From positions 1 to 58,718 of the IMG/VR virus record IMGVR_UViG_3300025305_000019: DNA of 58,718 nucleotides; one strand, 5' to 3'. The notes under the pieces are model-generated. The model saw only the letters and a program-made list of their open reading frames with translations, was not told the origin of the DNA and did no database searches. The DNA is from a virus (lineage: Duplodnaviria; Caudoviricetes). Below, in pieces: positions 28,490-36,647 of the stretch (position 1 is its first letter; each line of letters opens with the position of its first letter). Position numbers and translations under genes: made by a program.

Positions 28490-29578
28490 ATGGCACGCAA
28501 CAGCAAACTGATGCAGCATGAGGTTGATCGCATACGGGAGAGTACCGCGCCGCTCGACGTGCTAGCCAAGCACTATGGTGTCTCCACTGTCACCATAAGA
28601 AAGGTGAAAGAGATAGGGTCATTCGCTGGGTTTGGATACCGGGCGTGTGATGCCACGGCAGCGACGACACGGGAGTACAAGCCCAAGCCCGAGCATATGC
28701 CCGAGCAGAAGCACATGGGCCGGATGCCACGGTTCTATGAGTACGAGGTGGAGCAGATACGGCAGGACACGCGGCCTATACTCCACATCGCTGAAGACTG
28801 GGGGTGCAGCCGCGCAACCATAAAATCTGTTCGCGATCCGGGGTATAGGGCAAGACCATATGACCATATTGTGTCCGAGAAGCCCAAAAAGCTAGGCGAG
28901 GATGGTAAGCCGGTGAGGTCATCGCTGTTGCTACGGCAGGCCACGCATGGGTTTGTGCCACATGACCTCTCCGAGTTTGAGCGTACCACTGGTGAGATCG
29001 GCACACTCACGGATGGCGAGATCACCCAGATACGTCTGCAAGCGTACACGCCGATGGAGTATGCGTTCGACTTTGGTATCAGTGTTGATACCGTGCTGAA
29101 GATACAGCGCAACCTGCGGCATCCTGAATTGAGGGGCAAGCGGTTCGATCCTATTCCGGGTGCAATCGAGCCCATCCGCACCATGACACCACCGCCCGAG
29201 TTCTGGAACGCGCACTCACCTGTCGCCCAGCCAGAGCCCGAGAACTACGAACCAGACTGGGATGAGCCGGGTGATGAGGACATAGCCGAATGGGTCAAAG
29301 AGCAGGAGCGTCTGGATACGGCAAAGATCAAGGCGGATTATGATGCACAGATCGAGGCGGATTATGATGCCTATCTCGCAGAGCAAGAGAAGCTCGCTGC
29401 CGAGCCCACCATCGCATTACCTCACAAGGTAACGGAGACGCCGCCACAGAATGACGCGACGTTGTGGATTGATCGTGTGATCGAGAAGCACCCGCACAAC
29501 CCAGACTTCGACGGCCTCACGCCACGGCAGATCAATGAGATTATGATGGCACAGGAGGAAGCTGATGCCGACGAGTAA
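28490..29578 (+). CDS. DNA-binding protein with three tandem HTH-like repeats and acidic C-terminus
   Basis: EVDRIR..LAKHYGVSTVTIRKV / EVEQIR..IAEDWGCSRATIKSV / EITQIR..YAFDFGISVDTVLKI. Confidence 0.7.
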   Translation: MARNSKLMQHEVDRIRESTAPLDVLAKHYGVSTVTIRKVKEIGSFAGFGYRACDATAATTREYKPKPEHMPEQKHMGRMPRFYEYEVEQIRQDTRPILHIAEDWGCSRATIKSVRDPGYRARPYDHIVSEKPKKLGEDGKPVRSSLLLRQATHGFVPHDLSEFERTTGEIGTLTDGEITQIRLQAYTPMEYAFDFGISVDTVLKIQRNLRHPELRGKRFDPIPGAIEPIRTMTPPPEFWNAHSPVAQPEPENYEPDWDEPGDEDIAEWVKEQERLDTAKIKADYDAQIEADYDAYLAEQEKLAAEPTIALPHKVTETPPQNDATLWIDRVIEKHPHNPDFDGLTPRQINEIMMAQEEADADE

Positions 29579-29807
29579 GTGGACCCGTAAAGAGCATGAT
29601 GCCCGTGCGCTGCTGCTGGAGATGTTCTATGACAGTTACGACCACACGTACAATGAGTATGGGACGCCTTCATTCAGTAAGATGATATGTGCGGAGACGC
29701 TGGAGAGAGTAACATCGAACAGGACGTATGGCGACGAACACATCAGGCGGTTCGGCGGGGAGCGGATGACGTTACCACCGGAGGTAACAGATGCCACCGA
29801 TCAGTAA
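29565..29807 (+). CDS. Paralog family member 1 (EH..RAMLLG family)
   Basis: KEHDARALLLEM...CAETLE. Confidence 0.65.
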   Translation: MPTSKWTRKEHDARALLLEMFYDSYDHTYNEYGTPSFSKMICAETLERVTSNRTYGDEHIRRFGGERMTLPPEVTDATDQ

Positions 29808-30036
29808 GTTCTCATGGGAAGAACACCAAACACGCATGATGCTGATGGGTGGCTTCTGGTATGATGCAACCGACCACACGTATAACAATGGCAACACAAT
29901 GTTCTGTGCCGAGACGCTGGATAATATCGGCTGGGGTGAGGGAGGTAGGTATACTCGGTTCGGACCACAAATGATGATTGTGGTCGATATGCCACCCACC
30001 GCGACGTTACCACCGGAGGTATCCAGATGCCGATAA
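29791..30036 (+). CDS. Paralog family member 2
   Basis: EEHQTRMMLMG...CAETLD. Confidence 0.65.
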   Translation: MPPISKFSWEEHQTRMMLMGGFWYDATDHTYNNGNTMFCAETLDNIGWGEGGRYTRFGPQMMIVVDMPPTATLPPEVSRCR

Positions 30037-30254
30037 GTAAGTTCAGCCGCAAAGAACACAAGGCTCGGGCGATGTTGCTGGGCGCAGTGTTCGGGCGCAC
30101 TTCGCATGTGTATAGGACGACCAACAATCAGACGTTCTATGATGCGGAGACGATGGAGGAAATAAGCCGCAAAGATTGGCAGCGCAGGGCGTTTAGTACG
30201 ACAGGCCAATACCTATGGATATTACCACCGGAGGTAACAGATGCCGATGAGTAA
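30027..30254 (+). CDS. Paralog family member 3
   Basis: KEHKARAMLLG...DAETME. Confidence 0.65.
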   Translation: MPISKFSRKEHKARAMLLGAVFGRTSHVYRTTNNQTFYDAETMEEISRKDWQRRAFSTTGQYLWILPPEVTDADE

Positions 30255-30531
30255 GTTCAGCCGCAAAGAACACAAGGCTAGGGCGATGCTGCTGGGCATG
30301 GTGCATGGGCAGGCATCCAACACGTACAAGACAGGTATGAGCCGCAACAAGTACACTGAATGCCTGAACGCTGAAACCATACAACCATTCAAGAACGACA
30401 GGGAATACTATAGCTGGTGTAACCGAGGAAACGACCAATGGAGGTATCCCGATGAGCGAAGCAACGAAGTTCCTGAACGGAGCGGCAAGCTTCAGGGCCG
30501 AGGCGAAGAAGTTCCCGACCTCGATCTCTAG
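30241..30531 (+). CDS. Paralog family member 4
   Basis: KEHKARAMLLGM...NAETIQ. Confidence 0.6.
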   Translation: MPMSKFSRKEHKARAMLLGMVHGQASNTYKTGMSRNKYTECLNAETIQPFKNDREYYSWCNRGNDQWRYPDERSNEVPERSGKLQGRGEEVPDLDL

Positions 30532-30733
30532 CCGCGTGATGATACAGTTCGGCAAGCGGTTTGTGGAAGCAGCCCGTGCCGTGCGTACTAAGGAACAGGC
30601 AGAGAAGCAGTTCCTGTTTGCGAACGTGGCGGCAGAGGATCAGATGCGCCGCATCTTCCCCGACCGTTACCCCGACAGGTATCCCATCCACATAGAGCAT
30701 GAGGTTACCTCCGATGGTAAGAGCGAGGCGTAG
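30452..30733 (+). CDS. Hypothetical protein
   Basis: GGAGG RBS, 93 aa. Confidence 0.55.
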   Translation: MSEATKFLNGAASFRAEAKKFPTSISSRVMIQFGKRFVEAARAVRTKEQAEKQFLFANVAAEDQMRRIFPDRYPDRYPIHIEHEVTSDGKSEA

Positions 30734-30743
30734 GCCCCACCCC

Positions 30744-30989
30744 ATGGCGGGGCAGCCACGAGCAACGGTGTTCCAGAGCATCCGTGACAAGTACCCGTAC
30801 CACGTCGAGCGCGATCAAGACAGGATGCTGCGCCCTGATGACATACGGGGCATGATGCAGCATCACTATGGGTATCTGCCCAACGGCAAGGGTAAGCCTG
30901 CCTTGTGGTGCTTCGCCAATGAGTATGACGCAACGACCTTCACCAACAGGTTTGGCGGGAAGGTTACCAAGCGGGGTAACAATGAGTGA
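30744..30989 (+). CDS. Hypothetical protein
   Basis: LWCFANEYDATTFTNRFGG C-terminal pattern seen in small phage proteins. Confidence 0.5.
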   Translation: MAGQPRATVFQSIRDKYPYHVERDQDRMLRPDDIRGMMQHHYGYLPNGKGKPALWCFANEYDATTFTNRFGGKVTKRGNNE

Positions 30990-31071
30990 CGACCACATGG
31001 CTGGCTTTCTGGTCGGCTTCCTGTTCGCATGGATCACCATGTTCGCCGCGTATTTCTTCTTCGTGCTGTAA
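30982..31071 (+). CDS. Tiny single-TM peptide
   Basis: MSDDHMAGFLVGFLFAWITMFAAYFFFVL; coupled on both sides. Confidence 0.45.
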   Translation: MSDDHMAGFLVGFLFAWITMFAAYFFFVL

Positions 31072-31337
31072 TGGAGTTACCTCTCAAGGTACTGGCCCAG
31101 ATCGACGTGGAGGTCAGGTACCGCACGAAGAAGGCATGGTTGGTTGCGACCTCGCGTAAGCTGGATGAGGACGGCACATGGCTCCCGAAGTCCATGATCC
31201 TCGCGCACTCACCATTGAACCACGACACCGCCGAACGCAAGAACCTTCGCCACTATAGGGCGACGACGATTACCATCCCCGAGTGGCTGGCACGCAAGAC
31301 AGGGCTCCAGCCTCCCCGGAAGATCAACCTGTTCTGA
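31071..31337 (+). CDS. Hypothetical phage protein
   Basis: TKKAWLV...WLPKS...ITIPEWLA, a common small phage protein pattern. Confidence 0.6.
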   Translation: MELPLKVLAQIDVEVRYRTKKAWLVATSRKLDEDGTWLPKSMILAHSPLNHDTAERKNLRHYRATTITIPEWLARKTGLQPPRKINLF

Positions 31338-31354
31338 TTACCTTCGGAGGTAAC

Positions 31355-31585
31355 ATGAAGCCCAAGCTACTGACCGACCATGAGTATCGTGCGAAGGCGA
31401 TGCTGCTGGGCATGAAATACAACTCGGCCTATCACGTCATCATCAAGAACCGGCAGGGCGATGCAATGGCGTGGGGCACTGATGTCCTGCGGTTGCACCC
31501 CGATACGCTGGTGCCGTTTGAGGTTAGAGACTGGACGAAGTGGAGCCAGAGAAACTGGTCGGAGAAAGTTGATGACACAGGATGA
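31355..31585 (+). CDS. Paralog family member 5
   Basis: DHEYRAKAMLLGM...HPDTL. Confidence 0.6.
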   Translation: MKPKLLTDHEYRAKAMLLGMKYNSAYHVIIKNRQGDAMAWGTDVLRLHPDTLVPFEVRDWTKWSQRNWSEKVDDTG

Positions 31586-32042
31586 ACATGTCACCCGAGC
31601 CATGTTGATGGGAATGGAGTATGCCCCATCCATGAACATCTACCGGGCCAAGCGCGGAAAGAATAACACCATGCCAGCGGTTGACGCTGACACTCTGGAA
31701 ACCCTCACTGTGAAGGAGCTTATGCTAAGGCTGTCGAAATCCGATGACAGGAACATCGCAAAGATCGCGAAGGATGTCATTACCTCGAAAGGTAACAAGA
31801 TGCTCAAGACGGAAATGAGGATCGACCCGGTAACCGGCAAGAAGGTTCCGAAGAAGCCCAAGCCCGAGAACGACGTTCACGTCATCACGGATAAGCTTCG
31901 CGCCTGCCGTGCCGCTTTTGACAAGGAGAAGATGAACCCCTCGAAGCGCCTGTCGATACAGAACGAATACAAGTTCTTGTCGCATAAGTATTGGGAGATC
32001 ACTGGTGCAGATGCCCCCAAAATCTACGATCCCTACGACTGA
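31572..32042 (+). CDS. Paralog family member 6 with C-terminal extension
   Basis: DEHVTRAMLMGM...DADTLE; palindrome at 31779 at the domain junction. Confidence 0.6.
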   Translation: MTQDEHVTRAMLMGMEYAPSMNIYRAKRGKNNTMPAVDADTLETLTVKELMLRLSKSDDRNIAKIAKDVITSKGNKMLKTEMRIDPVTGKKVPKKPKPENDVHVITDKLRACRAAFDKEKMNPSKRLSIQNEYKFLSHKYWEITGADAPKIYDPYD

Positions 32043-32241
32043 TCGCGCACTCACCGACGACGAACACCACGCCCGAGCCATGTTGCTTGGGCGTGTGTAT
32101 GTGCCTGATTTGAGGGCATATTCCAACATGACCGGCGTTGTTGACTGCCAAGACCTCGACGCCAATACCTTGGAGGTAATGACCTACGATGAGTATATAG
32201 GGCGGGTCATCGCCAGTCTGAAAGATCACGAGAAGCCTTGA
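32011..32241 (+). CDS. Paralog family member 7
   Basis: DEHHARAMLLG...DANTLE. Confidence 0.6.
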   Translation: MPPKSTIPTTDRALTDDEHHARAMLLGRVYVPDLRAYSNMTGVVDCQDLDANTLEVMTYDEYIGRVIASLKDHEKP

Positions 32242-32306
32242 CTAATACATAGATAGGAAGTATGCCTTAGTCATTACATCCGAGTTTACGAGCTAAGGAG
32301 GTAACG

Positions 32307-32936
32307 ATGCCATCGACCAACCGGAAGGGCCGCAAGGCTCACATGCCCCGCTGCCCCATCCATGAGATCGAGCAGATGGTGGAGTATGACCCAGTGACTG
32401 GGTACATGCGGACGCTGGGCCAGTATGGCTCCGAGGGTACCTTGAAAGGTAACCTCCGCATGATCCGGTTGCCGACTTCACTCGACGCCATGGACAGGGG
32501 AGGGCGACAGACAGAGTACGTCCGTGCCGACCATGTTGCTTGGACGCTTGCCACTGGTGAATGGCCCACGGGTTGGATCGAGCATGTCGGTCCCATGCTG
32601 GACAATCAGCAGATCGAAGACCTCATCCACCTTGATCCCGAGGGCAATAGGTGGTGGTACGGTTCACCCAAAGAGGGCAAGGAAGCATCCCTATACATGG
32701 TCAAGGCGTATGAGACGCCGACCGATGGTGCACCCCTCACCGGGCCTCGCACCCGTGTCATCGTTGACCGCGACGGACGGCACAAGGTTGTGCCCGAACT
32801 TGAGGTGGGCGTGCAGAAATTCGAGACGGAGATCAATACCGTCATTGAAGACCCGCGAGACTTCGTTCCCTATGAGCGTGGGGAGTTCGGCAAGGACTGG
32901 GGGCTCGATGCGGTTACCCCGAAAGGTAAGCGATGA
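32307..32936 (+). CDS. Degenerate HNH-endonuclease-like protein
   Basis: YDPVTG...HVAW....GEWP..WIEH...DN...L resembles HNH_3 with altered catalytic residues; AAGGAGG RBS. Confidence 0.5.
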   Translation: MPSTNRKGRKAHMPRCPIHEIEQMVEYDPVTGYMRTLGQYGSEGTLKGNLRMIRLPTSLDAMDRGGRQTEYVRADHVAWTLATGEWPTGWIEHVGPMLDNQQIEDLIHLDPEGNRWWYGSPKEGKEASLYMVKAYETPTDGAPLTGPRTRVIVDRDGRHKVVPELEVGVQKFETEINTVIEDPRDFVPYERGEFGKDWGLDAVTPKGKR

Positions 32937-33178
32937 CATACGACGAGCATGTCACACGGGCCATGCTGATGGGACGTACCTACGACCCACGCGACCACAC
33001 GTATTGTCTCCCATCCCGGCCATCAGCCCAAGGCAGGCCGAGTGCTGGTGACATGCTGGACGCAGATACAATGGAGCCCGTTGCCAATAAGCGGACACTC
33101 AACATTGGTTGGCTGGAAGCGAAGGTTAAGAGGAAGACCTACCATGAGCTTAGAGAAGCAGGCTACCGTGAAGCATAA
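32933..33178 (+). CDS. Paralog family member 8
   Basis: DEHVTRAMLMG...DADTME. Confidence 0.6.
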   Translation: MTYDEHVTRAMLMGRTYDPRDHTYCLPSRPSAQGRPSAGDMLDADTMEPVANKRTLNIGWLEAKVKRKTYHELREAGYREA

Positions 33179-33629
33179 AGTGCCATCCTTTAAGCGTAAG
33201 ACCGTTGCACCAGCGTGCCTTTATTGTGGCGGATGGACGAAGACAATCCTGTCCACCGCTCACCATAACGGGCAGCACAGACGGCACCGATGCTTGGCTG
33301 AAGGATGCGAGAAAGCGTTCTATAGCCTCACACCATTTGAGCATGGGGCAGAGACGATCACGGCCTTCAAACCGTTCAAAGATCGCGCACTCACCCCGCT
33401 CGAAGAACACCAGCGCGAACAATGGAAGGAGGAAGCGAAGGAATTCGAGGGGTTACCTTACGAGGTAATCACCGGACAAGACATCCTTAGCCGAGCCGCC
33501 CGTGCTATGCGGAAGGCACCCGAGAGACGAGATCACGCCGAGAGCCTGATCGTCGCAACCCTAGAAGGTCTGGAAGACGACCTCTCATATATGGATGCTG
33601 GCAATGAAGCCCCCGAAGACAATAGTTAG
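33144..33629 (+). CDS. Zn-ribbon protein (Ogr/Delta- or NrdR-like)
   Basis: CLYCGG.T......RRHRC...C...F. Confidence 0.5.
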   Translation: MSLEKQATVKHKVPSFKRKTVAPACLYCGGWTKTILSTAHHNGQHRRHRCLAEGCEKAFYSLTPFEHGAETITAFKPFKDRALTPLEEHQREQWKEEAKEFEGLPYEVITGQDILSRAARAMRKAPERRDHAESLIVATLEGLEDDLSYMDAGNEAPEDNS

Positions 33630-33918
33630 CGATGCTCCGATGACTGCGGAGCAGGTCGCTGCCGTCCCTCACCAGTACGAGGGCGTGGATAAGATGACCA
33701 TCCGCTCCACCATGAACGCCTTGAGCCCGTTCATCCCCAACGGCACGCTGGATACGATCCGGCAAGCGTGTATGCTGGAGCCCAGCATGATTACCATCGC
33801 TTGTGCACAGTCCGAGAACATGCTTCTCGCCATGCACGCCATGCTGAAGAAGCACGGACCGGATACGTTCGGTCGCTGGCTTCGCGGCGACTTCAACCTC
33901 GCAGAATTGGAAGGGTAA
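33604..33918 (+). CDS. Hypothetical protein
   Basis: Coupled ORF, phage-like codon usage. Confidence 0.55.
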   Translation: MKPPKTIVSDAPMTAEQVAAVPHQYEGVDKMTIRSTMNALSPFIPNGTLDTIRQACMLEPSMITIACAQSENMLLAMHAMLKKHGPDTFGRWLRGDFNLAELEG

Positions 33919-33924
33919 CCTCAC

Positions 33925-34359
33925 ATGGTAACATATCCCAATCCACAGGAAGGGGGGCAGGAGCCCGGTCAGCTCGGGAGGGCTACCTACCCACCCAGCA
34001 ACCCCAAACAGGCGTCAGTGGCCCCGCATGGCAATTCTAGCCCCCATCCATTCACGGTCAAGGGGTATGGGTCGCTGGCAGCCGTGCTGACGGCAGCCTA
34101 TGACCAGTCTGCCAAGGGTAAGGGACACGAGCGCCACAACATATCCGGTGGGCAGGCATTCACCGAGCAGCCCATCATGGAGATCGCCCGTCGCGTCGGC
34201 CTCGGCTACCCTGCCGGGCAGGCCATGAAGAAGACACAGGAGGCAATGGGTATGCTGGCGAATGGTCGTCCAGATGCAGCCCGTGCCGAAATCCTCGGAG
34301 CCATCGTCTACTTGGCGGCGCTCCACCATTTGATTGGAGAAGACGTTGCACCCAAATGA
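33925..34359 (+). CDS. Conserved phage hypothetical protein
   Basis: QSAKGKGHERH...QPI...GQAMKK...EILGAIVYLAA motif seen in many phage proteins. Confidence 0.65.
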   Translation: MVTYPNPQEGGQEPGQLGRATYPPSNPKQASVAPHGNSSPHPFTVKGYGSLAAVLTAAYDQSAKGKGHERHNISGGQAFTEQPIMEIARRVGLGYPAGQAMKKTQEAMGMLANGRPDAARAEILGAIVYLAALHHLIGEDVAPK

Positions 34360-34491
34360 CGTGAACTGGATAAAGTTCCTCGTGCTTGTGGCAGTGATTG
34401 CCCTGATGTGGGACATCTAAAGTAGGGGCGGCTTCGGTCGCCCTTATCGTTTCCCCCTCCCTACAGTACCGATACCTCGAAAGGTAACACC

Positions 34492-34815
34492 ATGACCTCG
34501 TATTACCCGCACCTGAAGGAAGCTCCGGGCTTCGCATTCCTCCCCGACCGTAAGAACGGCGACAACCGGCCAGACCGGATCATGCGCTTCGTCATGCTGC
34601 CGGATAAAGACATGGTGTCCATGCTCGACCCCAAGCGCAACATCCTGCGTATCTCTGCCATCAACTACGACAAGCTGTCCGAACTGGACCAGCATCGCGT
34701 TGACCGCACGCATCACCTGTCGCTGTATATGCTGGATCGCGGCGATGGCTCATACACTGTAACGGAGGGCTTCGCGCCGCCGCCCATCAGTGCACAGCAC
34801 CTGTTCAAGAGCTAA
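34492..34815 (+). CDS. Hypothetical protein bounded by palindromes
   Basis: 107 aa; palindromes at 34471 and 34817. Confidence 0.65.
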   Translation: MTSYYPHLKEAPGFAFLPDRKNGDNRPDRIMRFVMLPDKDMVSMLDPKRNILRISAINYDKLSELDQHRVDRTHHLSLYMLDRGDGSYTVTEGFAPPPISAQHLFKS

Positions 34816-34888
34816 GGTTACCTCCGAGGTAACGCAGTCATTTGACTGTTGCAAATATGTCACATCACGGGTTTGTGATCGTAGACCC

Positions 34889-34917
34889 CTTGTAAACCAC
34901 CCATAGACAACCTATAT
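34889..34917 (+). promoter_or_regulatory. RpoD promoter
   Basis: CTTGTA-N17-CTATAT. Confidence 0.6.
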
Positions 34918-35003
34918 ACTATAGACGGGCACCGATGGTCGGTCACCCGCTATTTTTCTTCGCGCACTCACCGTCGCGAAAGTTACCACAGAAGGTAAAT
35001 CCC

Positions 35004-36080
35004 ATGAAGTTCGACACCATCATCGCCCGTATGTCCGGCTGGTACATGGCTCGCAAGTGCGTGTACCTCAAGTCTGCTCCGGGTCGCGGCAAGACTTCGG
35101 TTATGTCCACTGCCCCGGCCATCCTGTCGGCGGCGACGGGCAAGAACATCGGGCTTGTCATCATCAACGGGCCGCTGCTCACCCCCGCCGACGCCATCGG
35201 CTACCTCATCCCCAAGAAGGTCGAGGTTGACGGCGTGCTTCACATGGAGAGCGTCTACACCGACCCCTTCTGGTTCCGTACCCGCGAAGGTAAGCGTCTC
35301 GATGAATACGATGGCGGCGTCATCGTGGTTGACGAGGCCGACAAGATGGATGTCGATGTCAAGAAGGTCATCGGTGAAGCTGCGCTTTCCGGTCGCCTTG
35401 GGCCGCACGTCCTGCCGGATGGCTGGGTCGTCTGGATGGCTGGTAACCGGCAGAAGGATCGTTCGGGTTCCACGAAGGAACTGGATCACCTCATCAACCG
35501 CCGCATGGAGATCGACGTTACCGACGACATCGAAAGCTGGAACAACTGGGCCAACAAGAACGGCACGTCGCCCACGACACGGGCTTTCGTCAACCAGAAC
35601 GTCGAGATCGTGTTCTCCGATGGCGTGCCCGAGAAGCAGGGTCCGTGGTGCACTCCGCGCTCTATCGTGGAGTTCGATGATTACCTCCGCACCATCGCAC
35701 CGGATGGCGACTTCCCCGAGGATGCTTCGACTATCGAAGAAGGTGCTGGCATGATCGGTGATGCTGCGGCACAGCAGTATTTCTCGTTCCTCAAGCTGCG
35801 GCAGGACATGCCCACGTATGAGGAAATTCTGGAGAAGCCGGGTTCGGTCAAGGTTCCCGGCAAGCCGGATGCAGCCATGCTGGTGTGCTATAACCTCGCG
35901 CACCGGGTCAAGATCGAGGAAGCAGGGCCGGTCATCGAGTACGTCAACCGGCTGCCAGCCGAGTTCTCGGTTATCTTCGCCAAGGCTGCCGTCGCTCGTG
36001 ACCCCAAGCTGATTGCCACCGCTGGCTTCGCCAAGTGGATCGCCAAGAATGCCTCGCTGATGGCCGCTATCGGGCGGTAA
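35004..36080 (+). CDS. AAA+ ATPase (MoxR/CobS-like)
   Basis: Walker A SAPGRGKT, Walker B VIVVDE, AGNR sensor, LINR, TPRS. Confidence 0.85.
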   Translation: MKFDTIIARMSGWYMARKCVYLKSAPGRGKTSVMSTAPAILSAATGKNIGLVIINGPLLTPADAIGYLIPKKVEVDGVLHMESVYTDPFWFRTREGKRLDEYDGGVIVVDEADKMDVDVKKVIGEAALSGRLGPHVLPDGWVVWMAGNRQKDRSGSTKELDHLINRRMEIDVTDDIESWNNWANKNGTSPTTRAFVNQNVEIVFSDGVPEKQGPWCTPRSIVEFDDYLRTIAPDGDFPEDASTIEEGAGMIGDAAAQQYFSFLKLRQDMPTYEEILEKPGSVKVPGKPDAAMLVCYNLAHRVKIEEAGPVIEYVNRLPAEFSVIFAKAAVARDPKLIATAGFAKWIAKNASLMAAIGR

Positions 36081-36135
36081 CCTCACGAGGTAACGGTGGG
36101 GCTCCGGCCCCACCACACCATAAGAAGGTCGGACC

Positions 36136-36354
36136 ATGCAGCTACTTGGATTTGAAGGCGAGAAGCAGGATGGGCTGGGAAGGCTGGTAGTGCCAGTGTA
36201 TGGCGGCAGGCAGATCATATGCTTCATCGACAAGGGCACTTACATCGGTGTCCACTTGGGTGGGCATATCGAGGATAAGGACATCATCATCTTCACTGCC
36301 AAGGTGCATGAGTTCATCCGCAATTACAGGGAACGGATAGATGCGAACATTTAA
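36136..36354 (+). CDS. Hypothetical protein
   Basis: 72 aa in operon. Confidence 0.5.
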   Translation: MQLLGFEGEKQDGLGRLVVPVYGGRQIICFIDKGTYIGVHLGGHIEDKDIIIFTAKVHEFIRNYRERIDANI

Positions 36355-36574
36355 GATCGAGATGCGCGTCGATTTCAAAGACGAGAGCAAGTACGATGCG
36401 GTGGCCGAGGTCATCCGCGAACTGGCACGCGGTGCCTTCACCACGGCGAAGCTTCTGGAAGACAGCCGCCCTACGAAGATCGTCCTTGAGAGCGGCGATC
36501 TGTTCATGGGTACAGAGGAAATCGCCCTCTTTGCCGAGGAACAGGAGGCGCTTGAAGCATCACGGGGGGAGTAG
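36341..36574 (+). CDS. Hypothetical protein
   Basis: 77 aa in operon. Confidence 0.55.
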   Translation: MRTFKIEMRVDFKDESKYDAVAEVIRELARGAFTTAKLLEDSRPTKIVLESGDLFMGTEEIALFAEEQEALEASRGE

Positions 36575-36647
36575 TGTTACCTGTTGAGGTAACTTTAGAG
36601 GTAGCAAAGAATGGGAACTTCCTGTTTGGTTTGCTTTACAAAGAGGT

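Noticed and set aside
29771-30297. Regularly spaced repeats resembling a CRISPR array
   Set aside because: Spacing is ~215-235 bp, the intervening DNA is protein-coding, and there is no cas operon; the Cas4-like nuclease is an ordinary phage replication exonuclease
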